The notes beneath the pieces are model-generated. The model had not been told where the DNA came from. It did not search any database and was given only the letters and a program-made list of their open reading frames with translations. DNA of 44,559 bases from positions 4,047,632-4,092,190 of the forward strand of contig CP070695.1 of assembly GCA_020353515.1 (NCBI GenBank). The letters are read 5' to 3'. Both the position numbers and the translations under genes were made by a program. This stretch comes from Candidatus Heimdallarchaeota archaeon. Lineage in GTDB: Archaea > Asgardarchaeota > Heimdallarchaeia > Hodarchaeales > Hodarchaeaceae. This document shows positions 19,027-28,687 of the stretch, piece by piece; the first letter of the stretch is position 1, and the number at the start of each line of letters is the position of its first letter.

Positions 19027-20088
19027 ATGGAAGTTCTGCCATTAGGAAAAGCTCCTTGGTCATTACTTGTTGAGCTTGTCAAGAAACAAGGTTATAGAAA
19101 TGAAGGAGTATTACAGACTGCAGAGGAGGGAGTAGATGTTGCAGTTCTGGATCTTCAATCAGTTATAGAAAAGGTGAATGAATTATACAATACGCGAGAA
19201 ATTCCTTATCTAGTTTATAAAGCGGATCCTATTACATTCCCAACACCAAATCCTACGAAATATCTTATTACTGTAAATAAAAATGATTTAGCTACAGCTG
19301 GAGCATTACCTTACGGAATTACAGTCACTATTTTATTACCCCCAAATTCTACAAGGAAATCATTAATAGAACTCCAATCAAATCTTTCATTAACATGTAG
19401 AGAACAGCACATCACAATTCTTGGGGGACATACAGAGATTACACAAAGCGTTAAGAATCCAATATTGTCTGCTAGTATGATAGGTTTTGTACCTCCTAGT
19501 TACTACATTCCCCGAGATCCTCAAGTTGGCGATTTAATTATATGTTCAGGCTGGGTTGGTGCCGAAGGCACAGGAATATTACTATCTGAAGCAGAAGATT
19601 TATTTTCAAATCTCCTAGGAAAAGAAGGGTATCAACAAGGGTTAAGCATAGGAAAGGCCTTAGATATTTCCAATCAGGTCATTGATTGTAATCGTAAGTG
19701 GCATGATGAACTCCATCTAGTTCATGATGCAACAGAAGGAGGGATTGTTGGTGCATTGTACGAATGTTTAGCACCGAAAGGTTTTGGAAGTGAAGTAGAC
19801 TCGGAAAAAATACCGCTTGCTCCTGTTACGAAGAAATTAGCTGATATTCTAGAAGTTAATCCTTATAAATTGATCTCATCTGGAGCGGTAATATTTATTT
19901 GCAATCCTAGTAAAGCTGACGCAATAGCTGCCTTTTTAAGGGGAAAAAATATTCCTGCGGAAATTATTGGGGAAGTAACAAAGAGGGGGAACCCAATTAG
20001 AGTTGACAAAGCCCCAATCCAACCACCTGAAGCAGATCATTTAATAAATGGTTTAAAGAAAATTGAACAACTAAAGAAGGGGAATTAA
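19027..20088 (+). CDS. AIR synthase-related (PurM/HypE/ThiL fold) ATP-binding protein
   Basis: LGK-x-P, GVDVAV, ADPIT, NDLATAGA-x-P, ILGGHTE, GAEGTGIL, HDATEGG, LISSG. Confidence 0.85.
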   Translation: MEVLPLGKAPWSLLVELVKKQGYRNEGVLQTAEEGVDVAVLDLQSVIEKVNELYNTREIPYLVYKADPITFPTPNPTKYLITVNKNDLATAGALPYGITVTILLPPNSTRKSLIELQSNLSLTCREQHITILGGHTEITQSVKNPILSASMIGFVPPSYYIPRDPQVGDLIICSGWVGAEGTGILLSEAEDLFSNLLGKEGYQQGLSIGKALDISNQVIDCNRKWHDELHLVHDATEGGIVGALYECLAPKGFGSEVDSEKIPLAPVTKKLADILEVNPYKLISSGAVIFICNPSKADAIAAFLRGKNIPAEIIGEVTKRGNPIRVDKAPIQPPEADHLINGLKKIEQLKKGN

Positions 20089-21143
20089 TCCTCTCTAACA
20101 CCTGAATCAATTTTAGTAATGAATGAAGTACCAAATTTTTGAAGACTATTTTTTATTCTAAGTGCTGTATCTTTATCAGCACACAAGGCAAACATACACC
20201 CACCGAAACCTGCTCCTGTTAGTTTTGCCCCTAGAGCTCCATTGATTTCAGAGATTTGACACATTTTGTCTAGTTTAGGATGAGAAACTTCATAGTTATC
20301 CTTGAGAAGATTCTGTTGTTCTGTTATAAGGCTGCCAATGTATTCTAAGTCCCGTTTATTCTTTTTAAATTCATCAAAGGCTTTTAGTGTATTATCACGA
20401 ACCCCAATGACACCTATTAGCCTTTTCTCATGTTTTTTCGATAACCTTTTTGCTTTAATATCCCGTAAATTAAGTTCCAAAAGATTTGGAGTGCTCATGA
20501 TACGTAAAGCTTCAAAAATGTCGTCCTGAACAGTTTTTAATGGAATATCTGCCTTCCTTTCAACCCTTGAGTCTCCAATGACAAAAAAAGCCTCACGATT
20601 TAGACGTAAATGTACTATATTTGGATTTTTATGGGATGTCATATGGAAAATTCCTCCTAAAGAGCTTGCATATTGATCCATTCGACCACATGAAACCCCT
20701 AATATTTCATGCTCACAAAAGTATGCAATTTCTGCAATTTCTTCTAAAATATGTTCTTGGGTTAAAATATTATTAAATAAAAATGTCGATGCTACTAAAA
20801 GAGCCGCTGATGATGATAAACCAGCTCTGATTGGAATGTCACTATCAATCATTAATTTTGAAATCATTTTTTGATCCATATGATCCCAGAAATAGCTAAA
20901 CACTGCCATTAGATAACTGTAAATTGACTCAAACTTATTTGGTTTCTGATTATATGACATAGTTTCAATGTGATCTACTTGATTACTACAAAAAGTTACA
21001 TGAGTGGAGTTTTCATTAAGTTGGTAATGTAATTTTAATCGCCTATTGATTGCCATTGGGATCACAGGAAGGCCAAGATAATCTTGATGTTCACCAAAGA
21101 GACAAATTCTACCAGGCGAGCTAATTGATCCCTTCTTTTCCAT
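20085..21143 (-). CDS. GHMP kinase, galactokinase-like
   Basis: PGRICLFGEHQDY, PIRAGLSSSAAL, CGRMDQ, GAKLTGAGFGG. Likely start is the ATG at 21143; 4-bp convergent overlap with the preceding gene. Confidence 0.88.
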   Translation of the reverse strand: MEKKGSISSPGRICLFGEHQDYLGLPVIPMAINRRLKLHYQLNENSTHVTFCSNQVDHIETMSYNQKPNKFESIYSYLMAVFSYFWDHMDQKMISKLMIDSDIPIRAGLSSSAALLVASTFLFNNILTQEHILEEIAEIAYFCEHEILGVSCGRMDQYASSLGGIFHMTSHKNPNIVHLRLNREAFFVIGDSRVERKADIPLKTVQDDIFEALRIMSTPNLLELNLRDIKAKRLSKKHEKRLIGVIGVRDNTLKAFDEFKKNKRDLEYIGSLITEQQNLLKDNYEVSHPKLDKMCQISEINGALGAKLTGAGFGGCMFALCADKDTALRIKNSLQKFGTSFITKIDSGVRED

Positions 21144-21309
21144 ACAGAGAAACAAGTTTCTCTTACTTAAATTCTCTTCCCCACGCATATCTGAACAAGA
21201 AAAATACAAGCACTAAAGTTTCGAAATAATTCCTTTCAATCTAAAATATTTTGAAATAAGTGTCTTCTGAGAGTTTAAAAAGAGATCAATATACTCAGTC
21301 TTAAGGAAA

Positions 21310-21645
21310 ATGTTACAAGCAAAAACTCTTCAGAATAAACATCCTGTTAATACGCAATTCCTCAAAAATGTAGGAATTGAATTCGATCTATTGTTATTGG
21401 GGATGATGACAGTTTTCAATCTTGAGTTAACAGAAAAACAAATCTGTCAGAACATTAAAAATCTTCTTAAAGCGCTTCAACTACCGATATCCAAGGGTTT
21501 AAAGACAATAGTCAAGAATAATCTCTCATTTTTACATTCTAATGGATTAATTGTGCGTCAAAAAGGCAAATTTATCGTTTCGGAGAAAGGTGAACCATTA
21601 GGAATGCGTATTTTAACACGATTCAGACAAATCTTCACGAATTAA
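21310..21645 (+). CDS. Small winged-helix-like protein
   Basis: C-terminal NNLSFLHSNGLIV-x5-FIVSEKG fits the wHTH recognition helix plus wing pattern. Confidence 0.55.
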   Translation: MLQAKTLQNKHPVNTQFLKNVGIEFDLLLLGMMTVFNLELTEKQICQNIKNLLKALQLPISKGLKTIVKNNLSFLHSNGLIVRQKGKFIVSEKGEPLGMRILTRFRQIFTN

Positions 21646-21827
21646 TCATTTTAATCATCACCTTTTCCCCCAGAGTTAATTGAAGCATATTTCACTCCTT
21701 AGAAAGAATGTAATAGTGAACTAAAAAATCACCACTATGCTCATATAATCAAACATTAGCTAAATAATAATAGTTGAATTGAATATTTTTGACTATTATA
21801 TCCAATACACACCAAGGAGTTAAATCA

Positions 21828-22685
21828 ATGGCTCTTAAAATAAAAGTGGAGAATTTAGATTTATTTACCAAAGTTTTGAATGCCGCTGCTGCTGTTTTAG
21901 AGGATGATGGGACATTTTTAATTACCCCCCAAGATGGTATAACTCTCCGAAACATGGACAAGTCCCGATTTGCAATGGTCGATCTGAAAATTAATCCTAA
22001 CTACTTTAGTGACGATTTTGTATGTGATAAAGAATACCTCATTACTATTCAAATGCAGGATTTAAAGAGGATTTTACAACGCGCACGAAGAGATGATATA
22101 TTAACTTTAGAACTAGATGAAGCTAAAGATACTCTTAATTTCCTTTTCGAAAGTCATGTAAAGCGACAGTTTGTCCTACCTCTAACCTTAGCGGAGGAGA
22201 ATGCGCTTCCTGATCCAACATCTCTCAAACATGATGCTCATGCTAAACTTCGAGGGGGCGCATTGACTGAATTCATCAAAGACGCTGCGATAATCGGTGG
22301 TAGTGTAAAGATAACCGCTGATTCAGGAAAATTAAGCTTCAGTAGTACCCAAGATAAAAAAGAAGTGAAGATAGATCTTAATGTCAATTCAGACGAGTCA
22401 GAAGCTCTTGAAATTACTAGTGACGGTCGTTGTGAAGCTTTATATTCAATTGATACTTTCAAGAATCTTATCTTAGTTGATCAATCCTTCGCAGTTGTTA
22501 ATCTTGCGTTTAGCACAAATCATCCTCTGAAACTAATCTATACGAATGAAACAGGTATAACTTTAGGATATCTTCTTGCTCCAATGCAACCTGAAGCTGA
22601 GATGGATGAGGAAGAAGATAGTGAAGAAGTATATGCAGATGAGGAATGGGACTCAAACGAAGATTGGGACGAAGATGATGAGTAA
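21828..22685 (+). CDS. pcn: DNA polymerase sliding clamp PCNA with acidic C-terminal extension
   Basis: GITLRNMDKSRFAMVDL, YSIDTF, NHPLKL-x9-GYLLAP. ATG at 21828 with AAGGAG SD; lies upstream of the RFC genes. Confidence 0.93.
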   Translation: MALKIKVENLDLFTKVLNAAAAVLEDDGTFLITPQDGITLRNMDKSRFAMVDLKINPNYFSDDFVCDKEYLITIQMQDLKRILQRARRDDILTLELDEAKDTLNFLFESHVKRQFVLPLTLAEENALPDPTSLKHDAHAKLRGGALTEFIKDAAIIGGSVKITADSGKLSFSSTQDKKEVKIDLNVNSDESEALEITSDGRCEALYSIDTFKNLILVDQSFAVVNLAFSTNHPLKLIYTNETGITLGYLLAPMQPEAEMDEEEDSEEVYADEEWDSNEDWDEDDE

Positions 22686-22746
22686 AGTGTGTCAATAAAT
22701 ACATACAATACAAGAAATTCAAAAACAAATTTTATTAGGGAAAAAA

Positions 22747-23733
22747 ATGGTCACTCTTGAACGAATGTGGACAGAATCATTCAGGCCAAGAAATTTAGAC
22801 GAAGTAGTTGGTCAAACAGAGATTGTAGAACGCCTAAAGCAATTTGTACGTAGAGTCGATTTTCCCCATATGCTTTTTTCTGGCCCCCCAGGAGTGGGAA
22901 AAACAACTTGTGCTGAAGCAATTGTCAATGAAATCTATCCTCCCTCTGAACGTAGCAGTAATGTAAAACGGTTAAATGCTTCAGACGATCGTGGAATTAA
23001 TGTAGTTCGTCAAGACATAAAGAATTTTGCAAGGATAATTCCATCAGGTTCTTCAAGTTATAAGATTATTATTCTTGATGAAGCAGACCAGATGACTAGT
23101 GATGCTCAACATGCTTTAAGACAAACAATGGAACGTTATAATGAAATCACACGTTTTATTCTGATATGTAACTATAGTTCAAGGATAATCAGTCCAATTC
23201 AATCTCGATGTGCTATTTTTCGTTTCACTGGACTTAGTATAGATGATATAAAGTCACGACTCAAATATATCGCAAAGAAAAAGCAATTGCAAATAGATGA
23301 AGAGGCATTAAACGCACTTTACGAAAGTTCAGAGGGTGATCTCCGTCAAGCGATTAATGCTCTGCAAGCTTCTGCCTCTCTTACTCCAGAAATCACGGTG
23401 GAGGTAGTATACAAAGTTCAAGGCTATGTTAAACCAACTGAAGTAAGGGCTGCAATTATGGAGTGTCTAGGATCACAACCAAACTTTTCAGCAGCCCGGA
23501 AGCATATTCAAATCTTGATGGAATCCTATGGGCTTTCAGGTCAGGATCTTGTAAAACATCTTAATAGAGAATTAGGTAAGATGCCTGAAGATGAAATACC
23601 CGAATCAGTCAGATTTTCTGCTTTATCAATGCTTTCTGAAGTTGACTATCGAATTGCCACTGGTTCAAATCCTCAAGTTCAGTTAGATGCATTCTTAGCA
23701 AAAATGATTTCAGTTGCACAAAAACAGGTGTAA
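22747..23733 (+). CDS. rfcS: Replication factor C small subunit
   Basis: WTESFRP, GPPGVGKTT, LNASDDRGI, ILDEAD, AQHALRQTME, PIQSRC, GDLRQAIN; no intein. Confidence 0.97.
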   Translation: MVTLERMWTESFRPRNLDEVVGQTEIVERLKQFVRRVDFPHMLFSGPPGVGKTTCAEAIVNEIYPPSERSSNVKRLNASDDRGINVVRQDIKNFARIIPSGSSSYKIIILDEADQMTSDAQHALRQTMERYNEITRFILICNYSSRIISPIQSRCAIFRFTGLSIDDIKSRLKYIAKKKQLQIDEEALNALYESSEGDLRQAINALQASASLTPEITVEVVYKVQGYVKPTEVRAAIMECLGSQPNFSAARKHIQILMESYGLSGQDLVKHLNRELGKMPEDEIPESVRFSALSMLSEVDYRIATGSNPQVQLDAFLAKMISVAQKQV

Positions 23734-23738
23734 ATTTT

Positions 23739-25328
23739 TTGGGTTCTGCTTGGGTTACAAAGCATGCACCAACGCGACGTTCAGAGGTAGTAGGTAATAA
23801 AGAAAGTGTAAACTCTATTATTGCTTACTTAAATCGCTTTCGTAACCCTAGATTACGATCCAAACTAGTTAAGAAAGCAATATTATTATATGGTCCACCA
23901 GGAATAGGAAAGACTAGTTCAGTTCTTGCCATAGCAAATGGACTAAATTTTGACGTTGTAATCGTGAATGCATCCGATAATAGAAACAAGAAATCACTTC
24001 AAAGTGTTCGTAATGCTTCTCTTTTTAGTTCTCTTAAAGAAAACTTAGATACAAAGATTATAGGTCAAATTTTATTAATAGATGAAGTAGATGGGCTTAG
24101 TGGGACTGCAGATAGGGGAGGATTGAGAGAGATTGTAGATATTATCAATTCTACAAGGATTCCTTTAATATTAACTGCAAATGATATTTCACCACAAAAA
24201 TTCAAGACACTAAGGAAGTACTGTGAGCTAAGAGAGTTTAAGTCTCCCACACCTGAAGACGTCCTCAATATCCTACATCGAATCGCAAAAATAGAATCCA
24301 TTTCAGTTTCGGATAATATTTTGATTAAACTAATCGAAATGAGTCAAAATGATATTCGTGGGTCAATTAATTCATTTCAAATATTAGCTTCAGGAAAAAA
24401 GGAAATAACCGAGGAAGATCTTAAAATAATCTCTTACAGAGATACTACTGCAGATTTTCGCGAATTTCTCCAGACTTTATTCGTAGAAGCAAATGGAAAA
24501 AAAGCTTATGGTCAAACACGGATGCTCAGTGACATGGATTATGGCAAACTTCTTCTTCTTCTTCGTGATCTATCAATATATTTGCTACCAAAAAACGATT
24601 ACGATCAAATAGCTCAAGTTTATGATATATTAGCAAAAGCAGATGTAGCCTTAACTCGTGCTCGAAGTGAAATGGTTTGGTCTCAATTAGCATATTTCTA
24701 TAATTATTGTACTAAAGAACTGGCAAATGCTATTACTCCTACTCCTAATTTGCCTGCTTTTCCAGATTGGCAGTTACAAGTCCCATCATATTGGATTACT
24801 TTGTCTCGTCAGAAAAAAGGAAGGAAGATTGCTGCAAAAGTAGGTCGTGTATGTAATGTTTCATCACGAGAAGCAATCAGTTATTTTTTCCCGTATTTAC
24901 GTTTTATTTTTCAGAATAATCCCAAAATTGCTGCGGAGCTAGCTTTAGAGTTTCAATTTTTTGATATTGAACCTGGAAAGCGGAAAACTAAGATTATATG
25001 GAATGGGGAGATTGATTACTTCGTTAAAAGTAAAGATGAAAATCGGGCGATAAAGAGAAGAATACGTGAACTCTATCCTCAAGTAGAGCGTATCCGAAGC
25101 CAAAAGATTGATGAAAAAACATTAGAGCAGATTAAAGAACAACAAAAATTGAGGAAGAAAGAATCTCAAATACAAAAAAAAGAAAAACAGAGTAAATCCC
25201 CCAAACAGAGAGAAGAGGTGTCGGTTGAAAGGAAAAGGGGGACAAAAGCGAAAAAAAGTAAAGGGACTCCTCAACAAAGAAGAAAGAAGAAAGCTTCTAA
25301 AAAATCATTAACAGATTTTTTCAATTAA
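23739..25328 (+). CDS. rfcL: Replication factor C large subunit
   Basis: WVTKHAP, GPPGIGKTS, NASD, IDEVDG, DIRGSIN; basic tail ending in PIP-like KKSLTDFF. TTG start with AGGTG SD. Confidence 0.93.
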   Translation: MGSAWVTKHAPTRRSEVVGNKESVNSIIAYLNRFRNPRLRSKLVKKAILLYGPPGIGKTSSVLAIANGLNFDVVIVNASDNRNKKSLQSVRNASLFSSLKENLDTKIIGQILLIDEVDGLSGTADRGGLREIVDIINSTRIPLILTANDISPQKFKTLRKYCELREFKSPTPEDVLNILHRIAKIESISVSDNILIKLIEMSQNDIRGSINSFQILASGKKEITEEDLKIISYRDTTADFREFLQTLFVEANGKKAYGQTRMLSDMDYGKLLLLLRDLSIYLLPKNDYDQIAQVYDILAKADVALTRARSEMVWSQLAYFYNYCTKELANAITPTPNLPAFPDWQLQVPSYWITLSRQKKGRKIAAKVGRVCNVSSREAISYFFPYLRFIFQNNPKIAAELALEFQFFDIEPGKRKTKIIWNGEIDYFVKSKDENRAIKRRIRELYPQVERIRSQKIDEKTLEQIKEQQKLRKKESQIQKKEKQSKSPKQREEVSVERKRGTKAKKSKGTPQQRRKKKASKKSLTDFFN

Positions 25329-25341
25329 CAAATTCACATTG

Positions 25342-27261
25342 TTACAATTCATTCAATCTAAAATTTGCCTTATGCAATATAAACCAAATCTCGAGTTCTT
25401 CTGCTTCTTTTGAAATTCGTTTTAGTGAATTAATTCCTGCAGTATCATTTCCAGTGGAAATCCAAAGATTTGCTCTTAAGAGATTGGAATCAAGAATGAA
25501 GGATTTTGATCCTGACATCATCGCGTACTCCTCTGCGAGCATACAATGGTTCTCTGCTAATTTATAATTGCCTTTTTCCATTTCTATATAAGCTAAATTC
25601 AGATTAGCTGTAATTGCAACATTTAAATCGGGTAAATCTGTTTTTCCAATTTCCAATGCCTTTTTATACCAATCTTGAGCTTTAGAAAAGTCTTGCGTTA
25701 AGAGATGAATGTAGGCCATGCTAATATAGATACGTGAGAGGCAATGATTGGAGTTCCATTTGACAAAAACTCTCTCAGCACGATTCAAGAGTTTAAGGGC
25801 CTGTGATTCATGTGCATGTAAAGCAAGTAGTTCTGCTAATAGGACAACATTAAGGGGATTCAATGAGTCCTTGCTTTGGAATAATGGTTGAATAGTTCGG
25901 ATAGCTTGAGAAAAATCTCTCAAATTTCGATAAAGAGTAGCCTCTGCCCGTAAAAAACGATTGAAAACAGGAGAATCAGGCGTTATTTGACGTTGAAATT
26001 CTCTTCTTTTATCAAAAAAAGCCTTAGCATGATCAAAATGACCACGAAAGACTGAAAGATGGCCTTTAATTCGAAAAATATCAAAAATTAATCTTTGTTT
26101 ATGTTCATCAGAGACATCTAGATGATTAATTGTGCGTTCTGCAAAATTAACATGTTTTTCTGCTTTCATCCACTGATTAAAACCAATTAATGTTTCAGCG
26201 TAGTTTAGGTTTGCATCAAGGAAAAATAATCCTTTCATCTTCTCATCTGCTGCACGAATTGTAGAGTTTAAATGTCGAAGAGCCCACTCTTGAGATTCAT
26301 TAAAACGGCTTAAATTACGAAAAAAATGACTTAATTTTTCTTCAGAAATCATTACTGCGTAATTATTCTTTTGCTTTGTTAATAGGTCGATTTCCAAGGC
26401 GAGATTGTTTAATGTTTCTTTGTACATTCCCTGCCTCCAATAAGCAGCAGATATTTCAGTATAACAATCAGCAAGACGAAAATCATCTTCGAGTACTTCA
26501 TAAAGCGATTTAGCTTGATTAAGAAAACGGATTCCCTCTGTGAGAGTGGTGCTTCTTTGCCGTAAAAGGGAGCCTACCATGAAGGAAAATCTTGCTCCTG
26601 CTTCTTGACCCTCAAATTCATTAATCATTTCGTAAGCTGTGTTAAAAGAGATTGTCATTTCCTCATACTTTTCTTTAAGAAATAAATCTAATGCTTTGGA
26701 AATATGGTCTGAAACCAATTCATATGCTGATTGCTCATAAGAGCGCCCTGGTGATATTACAGTTCTTTGCACTAATTTGACGAGATTATCAGTAACTTTG
26801 AACTTTTTTACAAGTTCTAAATCCTTGGTTGGTGTTAATATAGGGAGACGATGCCGTACGAATGCGTTTAAAACTTTATCAAGGCGGTTATTTTGAATAT
26901 AATTCCATAAAATCTTAGCGACTCGTTGTTCAGCTTCCTGTTGATCATCACCCTCCTCTAAAGCCTTCCTGTATAAACCAAAAAAGACTATTAAAAGATC
27001 TCGTTGAAAATGATAACTTGGCTTTAATGTATTATCATATTGAGCCATTTCTTCTGTAATTATTTGAGAAAAAAGTTTACTTGCTAAGATGTATTCATCA
27101 TCGAGGCCAGATGTATTTCTCAACTGTTTGATTAATTTTTCAATCACTCCGTCTTTTGTTTGGGATCTAAGATAATCAAGATCCCCAAAATGTCTAGATG
27201 GTTCATTCTGAAGATAATTTTGGACTACATTCGAATAATCATTTAGTGTTGGATCATTCAT
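25342..27261 (-). CDS. Large tetratricopeptide-repeat protein
   Basis: Tandem TPR-like helices (ISAAYWRQGMYKETL, EATLYRNLRDFSQAI, MAYIHLLTQDFSKAQDWYKKALE, LAYIEMEKGNYKLAE) after a ~190-aa N-terminal helical domain. The ATG at 27261 is preferred over the TTG at 27321, which would leave only 24 bp to the divergent pepQ. Confidence 0.8.
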   Translation of the reverse strand: MNDPTLNDYSNVVQNYLQNEPSRHFGDLDYLRSQTKDGVIEKLIKQLRNTSGLDDEYILASKLFSQIITEEMAQYDNTLKPSYHFQRDLLIVFFGLYRKALEEGDDQQEAEQRVAKILWNYIQNNRLDKVLNAFVRHRLPILTPTKDLELVKKFKVTDNLVKLVQRTVISPGRSYEQSAYELVSDHISKALDLFLKEKYEEMTISFNTAYEMINEFEGQEAGARFSFMVGSLLRQRSTTLTEGIRFLNQAKSLYEVLEDDFRLADCYTEISAAYWRQGMYKETLNNLALEIDLLTKQKNNYAVMISEEKLSHFFRNLSRFNESQEWALRHLNSTIRAADEKMKGLFFLDANLNYAETLIGFNQWMKAEKHVNFAERTINHLDVSDEHKQRLIFDIFRIKGHLSVFRGHFDHAKAFFDKRREFQRQITPDSPVFNRFLRAEATLYRNLRDFSQAIRTIQPLFQSKDSLNPLNVVLLAELLALHAHESQALKLLNRAERVFVKWNSNHCLSRIYISMAYIHLLTQDFSKAQDWYKKALEIGKTDLPDLNVAITANLNLAYIEMEKGNYKLAENHCMLAEEYAMMSGSKSFILDSNLLRANLWISTGNDTAGINSLKRISKEAEELEIWFILHKANFRLNEL

Positions 27262-27345
27262 ATGCAACAATAATAAAAGTAAAAGAGGATTAAAAGACTG
27301 ACGAATCGTTCCATTGGACAAAGAATATGTTAGCTAGGTGACAAG

Positions 27346-28443
27346 ATGTCAAAAAACAATATTTTTGCAAATAAATTAGCCAAGCTTAAATCTCATATGA
27401 GAAAATTCCAGATAGAAAGTTTAATCATATCCCCTGGCATAAATTTCAGGTATACCTTTGGTTTTATGGAAGAACCGAGTGAAAGGCTACTTATAGGAAT
27501 AATTGAAGTCGAAGGTTCTCCTAAAATGCTTGTTCCAAACTTTGAAGTCGATCGTATCAAGCGGTTAACGGGAATAAAAGATTGTAGAGGATGGGAGGAG
27601 ACATCAGATCCCTACGGTATGTTATCAGAACTCTTGACTTCAGAAGAAGGGAAAAAGATTGCAATAGAACCAAAAATGTGGTTTTCCACATATCAAAGGA
27701 TAGCAAAAAAAATCTCAGGAAAAGAATTCATTTCTGCAGAGTGTATTTTCGATCCATTACGCTCTGTTAAAGATGATTCTGAGCAAAAGTTCTTGCTTAA
27801 AGCGTCACAAAAATCAGGAGATGCAATTGTTGAAACCTTTAATGAATTGGAGGTAGGTATTACTGAAATCGAGGTTCAAGTCCTCCTTAAAGAAAAGTTA
27901 CTTTGGGGTACAAAAGAGAAAGCAGGTGCTTTAGTTCAATTTGGCGAAAATTCTTCATTTCCCCATTACTCTGGTGGGGAGAAAAAACTGAAAAAGAACG
28001 ATGTAGTGCTTATTGACGCTGGAGGGACTATAAAAAACTATTGGGGAGATATTACTATTACAACTGTGTTCGGAAAGGCTTCTAGGCGTTTTAAAGAAAT
28101 TTATGATATAGTATACACAGCCAACGAAAGAGGTAAAGAAGCAGTGATCGCAAATAAGCTCCCTTCAGAGGTCGACTCCGTAACCCGTGAATATATTTCA
28201 AACAAAGGGTATGGAGAGTATTTTACCCATCGTACAGGCCATGGTATTGGTTTGGAGGTTCATGAACACCCATATATTGTAGGGAATAACCAAACCCCAT
28301 TAACTCCAGGTAATGCATTTACAATCGAACCGGGGATTTATCTCCCAGGAGAATTCGGTGTAAGAATTGAGGATGATGTCATTAAAACAGAAACTGGAAT
28401 TCAGACAAGTAAAATTCCTAGGTATGAACTCATAGAAATTTGA
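27346..28443 (+). CDS. pepQ: Xaa-Pro dipeptidase/aminopeptidase (M24B)
   Basis: PH-x-S, IDAG-x5-WGDIT, THRTGHGIGLEVHEHP, FTIEPGIYLPGEFGVRIEDD. Confidence 0.93.
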   Translation: MSKNNIFANKLAKLKSHMRKFQIESLIISPGINFRYTFGFMEEPSERLLIGIIEVEGSPKMLVPNFEVDRIKRLTGIKDCRGWEETSDPYGMLSELLTSEEGKKIAIEPKMWFSTYQRIAKKISGKEFISAECIFDPLRSVKDDSEQKFLLKASQKSGDAIVETFNELEVGITEIEVQVLLKEKLLWGTKEKAGALVQFGENSSFPHYSGGEKKLKKNDVVLIDAGGTIKNYWGDITITTVFGKASRRFKEIYDIVYTANERGKEAVIANKLPSEVDSVTREYISNKGYGEYFTHRTGHGIGLEVHEHPYIVGNNQTPLTPGNAFTIEPGIYLPGEFGVRIEDDVIKTETGIQTSKIPRYELIEI

Positions 28444-28687
28444 ATTGCCATGAAAATCATTTAAATTGTGTCTAAAAGTCATGAAGAAGTCAATCAATAA
28501 TAATCATCTTAATAATAGATAATGAATAAAAAAATGGAAAGCTGAAAAAGCTTACAAAAGAACTTGCACTAAAAGCACTCAAATACCGTTGCGTTCAATA
28601 TCGACTTTTAAAACGTCAGAGTAAGGCGTTAAAGCAAAATATTCCTGAATAAAAGGAGTTTCAGATAAAGAAGGATCTTGAAAAAGC

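Noticed and set aside
19027-20088. SelD (selenophosphate synthetase) or a selenoprotein
   Set aside because: It has the PurM fold but lacks the N-terminal (C/U)-x-x-K SelD motif and has no in-frame TGA.
28522-28652. Basic mini-ORF (LKKLTKELALKALKYRCVQYRLLKRQSKALKQNIPE) that could join ATG 28522 by a -1 slip in an A7 run
   Set aside because: There is no in-frame start or SD, it needs an unsupported frameshift, and such ORFs are expected by chance in A-rich intergenic DNA.
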